A stretch of DNA of 64,000 nucleotides from Candidatus Latescibacterota bacterium (GTDB taxonomy: Bacteria; Latescibacterota; UBA2968; UBA8231). Of this stretch, positions 55,257 to 64,000 are shown one piece after another. The notes below the pieces were generated by a model, which was not told the DNA's origin, ran no database searches, and saw only the letters and a list, made by a program, of their open reading frames with translations. Positions within the stretch are counted from its first letter, which is position 1, and the number at the start of each line of letters is the position of its first letter. The translations under genes and the position numbers were made by a program. Location of the stretch: the NCBI GenBank assembly GCA_965215195.1, contig CBDCDC010000002.1:3296001-3360000 (forward strand), written 5' to 3'.

Positions 55257-57107
55257 TCAGTACGCCAGAGCGATAGACCCCAAGCGCTCCTCCCGCCCGC
55301 TGCCTGCTTCTACCGCGACGCGGTAAATGTACAGTCCTGGAGCTACCAATTCGCCTTGGTCATCCCGCCCGTCCCAAGCAGTTTTATAGAGTGCGCTACC
55401 CCCCTCCCTGCCGCCCAAGGTGCGCACTCGGTTTCCCGCCAGCGCGTAGATTTCCGTCGCGAGAGGCACGACATCGGTCAGACGCAGTAAAGTATAGGAG
55501 AACTGCACTCGGTCGTTGACCCCGTCTCCATTGGGTGAGAATGGGTTGGGAACCACCTGCACGGCGCTGAGCAGACGGCCCTTGAGCGGCGTGCGGACGT
55601 TCAAGGCGTCGCTCAACAACTCGCTCATAGCATCTCCGGGAATCACGCTCTGGGGTACTTCGTCGCGGTCCGCATCCGACACCGCGCCGCTGAAGGTCGT
55701 TCCATAGCTGAAGACTCGGGCGTCGAAATCTACTTCTAACAGCGTCTGGTCTTGGTCGATGCGGTCAAATTGGATGGCGAATTGGTGGGGATCTGCCGGA
55801 GCGAAACTCGGGGTAAAATCTTCTACTTCGCGGTCGATGCGCACCTCGTGGATGGCCTCCAGACGAGCGGGCGTATGCACCTCGAGAACATTGAAACCCG
55901 ATTGCCCGGCCTCTAGTCGAGTCCGCACTGCATAAGTAAACCGAACCGGGTCGGATGACTCAACAAAAGAAGGGTAGATCTCGCCAATCGCCTCGGCGAC
56001 TACCGGGGGTTGGGAAAATTCAAAAAACAGCGAGTCAATCTGTCCTCCCGCCAAGCTAGCAGAAAAAAAAGCGATGCGTAGCTGCACGTACTGCCGGGGG
56101 CTGGGAGAAAGCATCCGGGTGCCGGCGAGTCCGTCCGCATACTCATAGGTGTGCCATACGCTCCAGTTTTCCAGATCCGGGGTAATGCGCCCCTGCACGT
56201 TCTGGGGCATAGCCTCATACGCTTGGCGGCTCATGGGCCGACCGTTGATCCCGAGTGGCACTTCCTCTGCCCCCACGCCGGTCTTGCGCCAGTAGATTTC
56301 GGGCTGGTCATCGCGGCCGCTGCGGCTCTGGATGACTGTTTTCGCTCCTATATCGAGTTGGCCGCTCCACCAGATGCGTCCCAAACTCGATGCTCGTCCT
56401 AGATCGATCGGGTCGGACAGAAATGAGGCATGGGGAACAAACCCCTGACCGTACACCTCGAACTCGGCCACTTCCCAAGTCTCCCCCACTTCCACAGGGT
56501 GGAGATAGACGTGGCGTGCTATCTGGGGTTCGATATCCAGTTCGACCGCCGGGTTCAAGTTGTCTTTCTCGTCGCGGACTAAGGTCCAGATGAGATTCCC
56601 TTTTTCGTTTTTGCTCTCTTCCCTGCCGTCGTTGATATAAAGCCTAAACTGGCGGATCTTGTGCCCCGGATGATCGGCGCGGGTTGCAAAGCGGACCCCT
56701 TCAATGGGGAATGGGGCCCCCAGATCGAAGAACAGCGGCGTGGTATAGAAGAACCCGGGGCCGCGAAAGAAATTGATGCGCGGCGGATGTACAAAAGCCG
56801 TAGTCGAATCGCCATCTACTATCAGTACGCGGTCGTCTAGCCAATTGGCCGGCAGGGTGTAAATGCTCACCAAGCTGGTAATATCGCCATTCCGCTCGCC
56901 CATCGAGGCAATCAGATTCTCGCCGCTTTCGGCGCTGAATGGGCGGATGGCACCCGGCACTTTTTTCACGTCGATAGAACTCAGGGCACCGCTTCCACTC
57001 CAAGGGTTTCCGGCGCGGCCCCCCAGTTGGTAAAATTGGCGCGCCTCGGCCCGATAGCCCGCTCCCGCCATCAACCCTGTCAGGACTACAATCAGGACCT
57101 GTCTCAC
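55257..57107 (-). CDS. Secreted discoidin + FlgD-Ig CTD protein
   Basis: GTG start after AAGGAGG; signal peptide; VDGDSTT, FDLG, VAEFEVYGQGF, PNPFSPNGDGVND, WDGRD..G.LV.PGLY, ends IALAY. Confidence 0.8.
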   Translation of the reverse strand: MRQVLIVVLTGLMAGAGYRAEARQFYQLGGRAGNPWSGSGALSSIDVKKVPGAIRPFSAESGENLIASMGERNGDITSLVSIYTLPANWLDDRVLIVDGDSTTAFVHPPRINFFRGPGFFYTTPLFFDLGAPFPIEGVRFATRADHPGHKIRQFRLYINDGREESKNEKGNLIWTLVRDEKDNLNPAVELDIEPQIARHVYLHPVEVGETWEVAEFEVYGQGFVPHASFLSDPIDLGRASSLGRIWWSGQLDIGAKTVIQSRSGRDDQPEIYWRKTGVGAEEVPLGINGRPMSRQAYEAMPQNVQGRITPDLENWSVWHTYEYADGLAGTRMLSPSPRQYVQLRIAFFSASLAGGQIDSLFFEFSQPPVVAEAIGEIYPSFVESSDPVRFTYAVRTRLEAGQSGFNVLEVHTPARLEAIHEVRIDREVEDFTPSFAPADPHQFAIQFDRIDQDQTLLEVDFDARVFSYGTTFSGAVSDADRDEVPQSVIPGDAMSELLSDALNVRTPLKGRLLSAVQVVPNPFSPNGDGVNDRVQFSYTLLRLTDVVPLATEIYALAGNRVRTLGGREGGSALYKTAWDGRDDQGELVAPGLYIYRVAVEAGSGREERLGSIALAY

Positions 57108-57144
57108 CGAGTGCCTCCTTTGCTTGGTTGCCAACCAAGAGAAC

Positions 57145-57176
57145 GGCGGGGTTCACAGTCGCCCGCGAACCCCGCC
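57145..57176 (-). terminator. Strong stem-loop after the 57221-58096 gene (terminator or mRNA stabiliser)
   Basis: - strand GGCGGGGTTCGCGG-GCGA-CTGTGAACCCCGCC: 14-bp stem including G-U pairs, GNRA tetraloop, weak U-tract. Confidence 0.6.
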
Positions 57177-57220
57177 TAAAACGATCCTTCGACCTCTGTG
57201 GTGCAGACAGTCGGGTCGGC

Positions 57221-58096
57221 CTATTTGAAGGTGGACTTGATCTGGCCCCAAGTGTTGGCCTCGACCGCGGTAGCTCTAGCCTCGGGCAATCCCTCTTCGA
57301 TTGGTGCCAACAAATAGTCGCCGAACTGGTCGGCATCCCTAGAAGCGCCTATGCCACCGAAACCGGACCAATAGGCATCGTCGTAGGAGCCGGGATCGGC
57401 ATCCTTGTCGCCCCAGTTGACCTCTATGCCGACGACTGTGCCTTCGACCCAATTGTGTCTGACACTCTGGTCGGGGCCGTCGGGATGGATGTCGTCAAAG
57501 GGCACAATGGAGTACTCGCCGAACATTTCGGCCGGCTCTTGGGTATTGACGTCGCCGCGGAGAAACTTGCCGGCCCACTCTACGTAAGGGGACTGGCCCG
57601 CCCACGCTTTGGAGCCATCGATAATCCGGGTATAATAGCCGGAAGAGCTGAAAATCGGGCCGGCCAGATCGTAGCGCTGGGCTTGGGCACTGGCCCAACG
57701 GGTCTCGAAGTCATCCCCTTGGTCAAAGCCGCGAAAGATGCCGCCGGTGTGATCCCAATCCGTGGTCGTCGACCACTTCTCGGTGTCGTTGATAAAGTCG
57801 TCGGCGATCCAAGCGCCAAAATAGGCCTTGCCGTCGTTGATGTTGTAGCCCCAGACGAGCCAGGCGTTGAAATCGCTCAAATCCATGGGCGCACCGAACT
57901 GGTTGAACATGGTTTCGGCTTTGATCTTGTACACATCGCCGACAATGTCCCAGTCCGACATATCGCCGTCCAACTCCGGCGTCAGGTGATCCGGGAACTG
58001 GAACATGAACCTGATCTCGCCTTGGTGGCCAAAAGCCGCGCCGACCACGAGGGCCGAGACCAATAAAGCAATGGACACCTGATTGATTCTCTTCAT
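57221..58096 (-). CDS. Secreted DOMON/CBM9-like protein with C-terminal TAVExxTWGxIK motif
   Basis: Signal peptide; P.LDGDMSDW; Trp/Asp-rich beta content; ends TAVEANTWGQIKSTFK. Confidence 0.7.
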   Translation of the reverse strand: MKRINQVSIALLVSALVVGAAFGHQGEIRFMFQFPDHLTPELDGDMSDWDIVGDVYKIKAETMFNQFGAPMDLSDFNAWLVWGYNINDGKAYFGAWIADDFINDTEKWSTTTDWDHTGGIFRGFDQGDDFETRWASAQAQRYDLAGPIFSSSGYYTRIIDGSKAWAGQSPYVEWAGKFLRGDVNTQEPAEMFGEYSIVPFDDIHPDGPDQSVRHNWVEGTVVGIEVNWGDKDADPGSYDDAYWSGFGGIGASRDADQFGDYLLAPIEEGLPEARATAVEANTWGQIKSTFK

Positions 58097-58253
58097 TGTA
58101 ATACCTCTTTTTCAGTTAGTGTGTGGACATTGCGCCCTTTGCTGCTCCAAGCGGGCCTGAAACGACGCCTGTTTCTTTCTCCTCCTTTCAGTTGCCAACA
58201 GATCGTCTGTTAAAAATATATCTTGAATTCAACTTTGAGGCAGGTCAAATCCA

Positions 58254-60923
58254 CTAGCGTTCCAGCCCTGCATAGGCCGTCATGAATATCTTGCTGGTCG
58301 TGCTAGAGGGCAAATTTTCAAACGTCAGCTTCTGTAGGCGAAATCCCGTCTGTAGATGGAGCCTGTAGCCGAGGTAATCCGAGGCGTTATTAAATTGCAG
58401 CGCGACGATGCGACTGAAGGAATCCGGCTCTAGGTCGCGCTTGACTGGCACCCCCTCGTCGTCGTCGCGGAACTGCTCAAAGTGGGATAGTTCTAGTCCC
58501 AATTCGATGAGCGTATGGGAGAGCAGGGGAATGCGGGCAATGAGAAAAAGCGTCTCGGTCAACTCGCGGCGCTCCGGGTCGCGCTTGCGAACGGGACGCT
58601 CGCGCAAAAATTCGCTCTTGAAGCGCGGTTCAAGTTCGATGTTTCCCACCGGGAAGGTGTAATCGACTTTGTTGATGAGACCGACAAAGCTGGCCGTGCT
58701 GCGTAGGTCGCGCTGATCCCGGCGCTGGTTGTAGGTTTCAGTCTTGAGCTTGTTGATTACGTTGAGGTTTCCTATGCGCGTGAAGTCGAACTGTACATAG
58801 GACGTGTTGACCCAAGTGTCGCGGGCCGGGAGCAAATCGAAAACGCGCTGTTGAGTGCCGCGGGAATTAGACGGCTGCACCCACTGGAAGAGGTTGTCGG
58901 GAATATCGTCCTCGACCAGCTTGAAGTTGTCGAACACCCGCAAGCGGCCCAACCGGGCAAAATCCCTTTCGTAGGTGAAGAGCAGGTACGTGGATTCGTT
59001 TTTGCGATCCCCGGCCAGCAGTTTTTCGCGCAAATGCCCGACGGTCAGCCGGGCCTCGGGGCCGATGTGGGTTCCCGCGTACATATTGTAGCCGCGGTGG
59101 TCGCGCCCGTAGGGATAATCGGGTTCTTCGTCGTTTTCAAAGCGGTCGATCCAGCCGTTGTTGTTCATGTCAACGCCAAAGAGGTATTCGGGTCTATCGG
59201 AGTGATAGCGCAGGAAGGGCTCTTCGTAATCGGGAATGAAGTTCTGTCGATCCTCGGTATCGTTCTGGTTGAAATCCGAGACGAAATCGTTGTTCTCGTC
59301 AAAACCTGGAAAGACCGCATTGTCCGACAGCATACTATAGCGGTTCCAGTCCGGCCGGCGGTCTTGGTCATCGTTGTCCTCGACGAACTCGTAGATATAG
59401 GATATTTCGTCTTCGTAATCGATTTCGTCCTGTCCCCGAGTACCCGCCAAAAAGGTGCGGGTAGAATAGTCGTCGTCCATGCTGTAGCCTTCGAGAAAGA
59501 CAAACCAAGGATAGGACGCCTTGGACAGGTTGAACATCCATGCCTCGGCGTCGTCAACCGCCTTGCGATGATCCTTTAGGTTGAGATTGGGATACTGGCG
59601 GTACTGCTTGTTGAAATCGTACTCCCCGTAAAAGTCAAAACCCCAGATCTTATTGGTCTCTAAGGTAACGCCGAGGATGGTATTGGCCGTGGGCAGGCCG
59701 TAGTCGAATTGCAACAGGCGCTGGTTGGAGTTGTCGCGGATATTATCCTCGGCCCGTTCGATCAGCAAAAAGACGGGCTGCGAGTCCCGGTTGGTCTGCC
59801 GGTCGGACGTGATTTCCACCTTGTAGTCGTTGGAGATCACCAATTCAAAGGATACTCTCTCAATAACCGTAGGATCGGGTCCTATGTACAAAGGGTCCGT
59901 AAAATCGTAGGTGAGGGTAATGCGCTCGTCCCCGTCGGCGGCTAAAAACCCCACCCGTTGGAATCCCCCTTCGCGTATGGGCTCGAATCCTATGGCACTG
60001 CCTCTGAAAACGTTGCCATCGACATCCTCGATGATGATTTCGTCGTCGAACAGGGCCGCCCCACCCACCCCGTCGGCAGGCGAGTCGTCCGACAGCCGGA
60101 TAATGATGCGGGATATGGGCAGCGCATTCTGGTCGGTGGTCAAGGCCCCGCCCGTGAAAGGGTTGCCGGTGAAATCGTCGAACAGCGTCTGGCCTTGGAA
60201 GGCGGTCACATAGGTCGCCCCGACCTCGACGAAGTCGCCAACCTGAACGATGCCCCGCCCACCAAGCAAGTTGGTGACACTGGTCTTCTGATCGGGAATA
60301 TCCAGCGAAGTGGCCACGGCCGGCCGACTGGGCCGGGCCAACAGGAGAGTACCCTGGTACTTATCGGCAGCAAAGTCCCACTGAATGCCGTTGAATGTGG
60401 GTTTAGAAAAGGTCATCGGTGTCAAAGTGGTGCGGATCTCATCGCCAATCGTGATGCTATAGTAGTATTGTCCCTTGTGGTCCGAGGAGACGACTACTCG
60501 GTTGAACCACTGGTTGAACCTGTTGGTCTTGAGGATGCTACTGCCGAATTGCTGGGGACGATCTTGCTGCCAATCGTAGATCAACCAGCCCCGGGCGACT
60601 AGATTGCCGAAGAAATCGTAGAAGTAATCGCCCTCTAACGCGGTGTCCACATAGCGCTGATAGGGCTCGCGGGCGTAGTTGGAGTACTCCCACTGTCTCC
60701 ATTGGTACTCCCTATACAGTTCTTGGGGGACGTACCATTTGCGCACTGCCGGATCCAGCGCATCGAATAATACCCCCGGTCCCTGCGGGGAAAAATCCAC
60801 CTCTCCACCTTGCTTCACTCTACCGAGGCGCGAGCCGTATGCTTGGGCACCAACCGGAGTCGGCGCACTCCAGCCTAGCGCGCAAAAAACAGCACCTACC
60901 ACAATCAGATAGCACTTGCTCAA
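58254..60923 (-). CDS. Conserved ~890-aa secreted, possibly outer-membrane protein; paralog of 2783-5446
   Basis: TTG start after GAGGAGG; signal peptide; colinear homology with 2783-5446; ends IFMTAYAGLER. Confidence 0.75.
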   Translation of the reverse strand: MSKCYLIVVGAVFCALGWSAPTPVGAQAYGSRLGRVKQGGEVDFSPQGPGVLFDALDPAVRKWYVPQELYREYQWRQWEYSNYAREPYQRYVDTALEGDYFYDFFGNLVARGWLIYDWQQDRPQQFGSSILKTNRFNQWFNRVVVSSDHKGQYYYSITIGDEIRTTLTPMTFSKPTFNGIQWDFAADKYQGTLLLARPSRPAVATSLDIPDQKTSVTNLLGGRGIVQVGDFVEVGATYVTAFQGQTLFDDFTGNPFTGGALTTDQNALPISRIIIRLSDDSPADGVGGAALFDDEIIIEDVDGNVFRGSAIGFEPIREGGFQRVGFLAADGDERITLTYDFTDPLYIGPDPTVIERVSFELVISNDYKVEITSDRQTNRDSQPVFLLIERAEDNIRDNSNQRLLQFDYGLPTANTILGVTLETNKIWGFDFYGEYDFNKQYRQYPNLNLKDHRKAVDDAEAWMFNLSKASYPWFVFLEGYSMDDDYSTRTFLAGTRGQDEIDYEDEISYIYEFVEDNDDQDRRPDWNRYSMLSDNAVFPGFDENNDFVSDFNQNDTEDRQNFIPDYEEPFLRYHSDRPEYLFGVDMNNNGWIDRFENDEEPDYPYGRDHRGYNMYAGTHIGPEARLTVGHLREKLLAGDRKNESTYLLFTYERDFARLGRLRVFDNFKLVEDDIPDNLFQWVQPSNSRGTQQRVFDLLPARDTWVNTSYVQFDFTRIGNLNVINKLKTETYNQRRDQRDLRSTASFVGLINKVDYTFPVGNIELEPRFKSEFLRERPVRKRDPERRELTETLFLIARIPLLSHTLIELGLELSHFEQFRDDDEGVPVKRDLEPDSFSRIVALQFNNASDYLGYRLHLQTGFRLQKLTFENLPSSTTSKIFMTAYAGLER

Positions 60924-60948
60924 AATCCTCCTCCTCGCTTGGCTGGCA

Positions 60949-62982
60949 CTAGTATACCACGGACACACTGTTGGAACGCCGCTCAATCTCCCGGTCGGAG
61001 CGGATTTCCACTACTGCTAGGTAGATGCCCGGCGGTACTAGGCGGTCGTCGTCGCCGCGACCGTCCCACTGTAGCTCAATGCGGCCGTTTTGCACCTCAA
61101 CAGAGCTGAGCCGCCGCACGCGGCCACCGGCCAAATCGTAAATAGTTACCTCGGCCGGCGATGGTTCGAGCAAGTGCAAAACCGCATAGCTTATTTCCAC
61201 TACGTCGTTGGCCCCATCTCCGTTGGGGGTGAAGGTCCGCGGCTGGATTGCCAGCGGACCAGCCACCTGCGAGCCCACGGGAATTCGCACCAGCAACTCG
61301 TCGGTATCCTGTTCGGCTGAAGCATCCCCGCCCTCGGTCTGCAGCGGCACTTGTACGCTGGCATCGGCAAAAGCCCGCCCTTGGAAACGCGTACCATAGC
61401 GGAACACGGCCGCATCAAAGACAATTTTCAAAAGAGTGCCATCGGCGTCGATCAGAGGTAAGCCTAGGGCAAAGTGGTCTTTTTCCACCGCCTCAATGGA
61501 GAACGATCCGACGCGCAGGGGCAAAGACACACCGGCCAGATCGCCGCCGAACTCGGCTCCAGCTAGGCGATTGCCCGCCCCATCTTGGATTTCTACCGAA
61601 TGGATGGCCGCGATGCGGGCCGGGGTTTCGATTTCAAAGCGCGTAAATCCCGGCCGGCCCGTAGTATTGGCGATGCGGGCGAAGTACGTAAAAGTCGTCT
61701 GTTCGCCGACCTCGGTCCGCGGCGGTCCCACCTCGGCGATGATGCGGTCAACCGGGGGCTGTGCGGACTGGAAGCCCAAGTCGGCGACAGCGCGGCCGGC
61801 ATCCAAGCTCAGATTGGTGAAATCGATGCGGAACTGGAAGTAGCGCCGCGGTGCCGGCACAGTCAGGGGAGTGCCGTTATCGACTAGTTGCCACTGGACC
61901 CAGCCGTTGTCGGTGTCGGCTTTGATGGGGCCCCGCTGATTTTTCGCCAGTTTCTCGAAGGTTTCCTCGGTCAGCGCATTGCCCTCGCTGTCAGTGGACA
62001 CATATTCGGATTGTCGGCCTCCTACATTGGCATTGCGGAAAAAGATATCAGGCGTCGTATCCTGCCCGCTGCGCACGCGAACTTCCATCTTGGAATCCGC
62101 GCTATTGCCGGCGGCCACTTCGCTCCAAGCGATTCGGCCCCAGACCACCTCCTCGCCCAGATCCAGCACATTGGACACATAGCTGGCCGTTGGTACGAAT
62201 CCCCTGCCGTACACCTCTATCTCGTCAATTTCAAATCCGAGGGTGGAAATCGACTTGAGTTGCAGAAAGCGGACAAATTGGGGGCTGATCTGTGCTTCTA
62301 CTCTGGCCTCGCGGTTGTCCGGCTCGCGCCGCACCGGCGAGGTGAAAATGGGCTGCCCACTGGCAAAGAGGTTTTGCGGCAAGCCATCGTTGAGGAACAA
62401 CTCATATCCCCGCATGAATTCGTTCCCAAAGGGAAACGACGCCGTCATCCGCGGATAGAACGCAATCCGGTCCACGCCAAAGCGCGCACCAAGGTCAATG
62501 CGAATGGTGACGCCGTTGTTGCGCACGATGCGGCCGGCCACGAACTTGCGGTCAAAAGCTACCCGGTGGTCGCCATTGAGCATGCCCGCCAATTGCTCTG
62601 GATCTTTCTGGCTGGCATCCAGCCCTGGAACATCTATAGTGCCCCCTCGCTCGAGAATACCGAGCGAAATGTTGAAGTCGGAGCGCAAGCGCAGCGGCGT
62701 GATCCAGTTCCGCAGAGAATCCGCGCCAACGGCGAACACTCTTCCGCCGTTGGCATCCTCGATAGTTCCGAGTTGCTCGACAAAATCGATCACGCCCCCG
62801 GGTGTTGTGCCAGAATTGCGCCAAGGACGTTCGTCGCCGCCGACCGTAAAAACATCCTGTGCGCTGGTTGGGCACACGGACAGCAGTAGCAGTAGGTGAA
62901 GAAAAATTGGCGCAGGAGGGACGCGTTTTTCACGTAGCGATTGCAGCAGCTTGAAAAGGGGACCGATGGGATGATATTCCAT
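60949..62982 (-). CDS. Secreted discoidin + FlgD-Ig CTD protein
   Basis: Signal-like N-terminus; IDLGARF, IDEIEVYGRGF, FTPNGDGAND, IYDLAG, WDGR....LVPPGIY, ends VSVVY. Confidence 0.8.
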   Translation of the reverse strand: MEYHPIGPLFKLLQSLREKRVPPAPIFLHLLLLLSVCPTSAQDVFTVGGDERPWRNSGTTPGGVIDFVEQLGTIEDANGGRVFAVGADSLRNWITPLRLRSDFNISLGILERGGTIDVPGLDASQKDPEQLAGMLNGDHRVAFDRKFVAGRIVRNNGVTIRIDLGARFGVDRIAFYPRMTASFPFGNEFMRGYELFLNDGLPQNLFASGQPIFTSPVRREPDNREARVEAQISPQFVRFLQLKSISTLGFEIDEIEVYGRGFVPTASYVSNVLDLGEEVVWGRIAWSEVAAGNSADSKMEVRVRSGQDTTPDIFFRNANVGGRQSEYVSTDSEGNALTEETFEKLAKNQRGPIKADTDNGWVQWQLVDNGTPLTVPAPRRYFQFRIDFTNLSLDAGRAVADLGFQSAQPPVDRIIAEVGPPRTEVGEQTTFTYFARIANTTGRPGFTRFEIETPARIAAIHSVEIQDGAGNRLAGAEFGGDLAGVSLPLRVGSFSIEAVEKDHFALGLPLIDADGTLLKIVFDAAVFRYGTRFQGRAFADASVQVPLQTEGGDASAEQDTDELLVRIPVGSQVAGPLAIQPRTFTPNGDGANDVVEISYAVLHLLEPSPAEVTIYDLAGGRVRRLSSVEVQNGRIELQWDGRGDDDRLVPPGIYLAVVEIRSDREIERRSNSVSVVY

Positions 62983-63412
62983 GGTGAGAGTCGGCTCCTT
63001 AGTAGATTTCAGCCTTAGGCACCGAAGGCTGCCCTTCCCTAAAGCGCGACGTTCGTTGCAGGTTGTAGGACGCTATATATATGATGAATCAAGTATGATA
63101 AATCAAGGCGTCTGGAAACTCTAGGTGGAGAGCGCATATACGCTGCCTTTTCCGGCCGGGATTGACGTGTTTTTTATGTCCCATGTAATCCACGATTGGG
63201 ATGCTGAACACTGCATCAAATTGCTGCGTCGGTGTCCCTAAGCCTTGCCAGAAGGCTCGCCGGCGCTCGTGCAGGAATGCCTATGGTAGCGGTGTTTCAA
63301 CGGAACGACTGGGGACCAGCGCACCGGGCCAGAAATCGAAGTGCTGAGGCCGGCTTTCGCGAAACGGAGTGCCGCCCTCTCGACCACGAGCAGGGGATCG
63401 CTATCGGCTCCG

Positions 63413-63715
63413 TTAGCTGTCCTTCTGCGGTGCCAACCAAACCAAGGTCGCCCCCCAACCGCCGCCCCCTTCGCCGGCCAAGCGGAAAGTCTCCACTTCG
63501 GGCAAGCGGCCCAAAATGGCGTGGACCGAGCGCCGCAACTGGCCCGTGCCCTTGCCGTGGATGACGCGCACCTGCAAAATGCCCGCCTGGCGACAGGCAT
63601 CCAAATAGTCGGGCAAAAGCTCTTTGAGGTCGCGTGGATGAAAGGTGTGCAGGTCCAGCGTGCCGTCGATGGGCACTTCCACCGCTTCGGGCTCTTCCCA
63701 TTTTTCTTCGCTCAT
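63413..63715 (-). CDS. Smr domain protein
   Basis: LDLHTF, VRVIHGKGTGQLR, GGWGAT.V.L. Confidence 0.9.
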   Translation of the reverse strand: MSEEKWEEPEAVEVPIDGTLDLHTFHPRDLKELLPDYLDACRQAGILQVRVIHGKGTGQLRRSVHAILGRLPEVETFRLAGEGGGGWGATLVWLAPQKDS

Positions 63716-63772
63716 CGTCCTAACTCTGGCCCAAAAGCCTGCGCCCGTGAAAACGGGTTTGGTCGTCAGTGG

Positions 63773-64000
63773 TCAGTAATTTGGGTCCGTAGGGCGTGGG
63801 GTCTGGGCGCGAAGCTCCGTAGAGCTGATATCCATCCTAAAGGGCACCGGCGCGAAAAGGTCCGCGTATTGTGCCGGTACATCTATATCCGCTAAGGTGC
63901 GGTACGCATCTCCATCTACTCGACCAGCAACCCAAAAGCGACAGCCCCCAGCGGCAAACTCCTTTAGGGCCGCAACCACGCCCCGCTCCTTTTCATTATA
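63773..64000 (-). CDS. C-terminal part of a cytidylyltransferase/NadD-like nucleotidyltransferase (truncated by window edge)
   Basis: F.VAGR...FRMDISSTELR (SSTxxR motif). Confidence 0.6.
   Translation of the reverse strand, partial: YNEKERGVVAALKEFAAGGCRFWVAGRVDGDAYRTLADIDVPAQYADLFAPVPFRMDISSTELRAQTPRPTDPNY

Noticed and set aside
57128-58066. Long antisense ORFs (also e.g. 5955-6848, 50990-52102, 61888-62889)
   Set aside because: Shadow frames of well-supported genes in GC-rich DNA, with no recognisable motifs.
1-64000. Prophage, tRNA, rRNA or integrase-defined island
   Set aside because: No phage structural genes, integrase, tRNA cloverleaf or rRNA signature was recognised.

Overview
GC-rich bacterial chromosome segment. 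Gene style (F5/8-type-C + FlgD-Ig secreted proteins, a TWGxIK-tailed protein, a PhyH-HEAT fusion) suggests Candidatus Latescibacterota or a relative; this is inference only. Housekeeping genes (stand-alone rplC, HIT, pcm, GT2/GT9, pyrD-pyrK, carB, nnr, M20 peptidase, Smr) alternate with lower-GC accessory patches: a decayed Fic/HEPN/SNF2 patch (7.7-12 kb), AAA-DUF4143 genes plus an ABC exporter and IS5 remnant (19-24 kb), an MT-A70/BglII-type RM pair plus DUF433/DUF5615 TA sitting directly upstream of carB (31.5-33.5 kb), and a DUF488 + unknown partner + Type III RM island (40.6-47 kb) followed by two tandem Rieske-domain paralogs. The most striking unexplained feature is a cell-envelope module present twice (1-7.7 kb and 50.8-63 kb). 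It pairs a conserved ~890-aa secreted protein (Asp/Asn-rich, barrel-like C-terminus) with discoidin/FlgD proteins that carry a T9SS type-B-like PNPFTPNGDGxND C-terminal domain and a recurring ~20-aa YxxLPxxxxG module. Accessory genes include a SurA-like PPIase, a TWGxIK-tailed protein and a GT-C/TPR glycosyltransferase. No rRNA, tRNA or CRISPR array was seen. All family assignments come from motif recognition by eye, not database searches.
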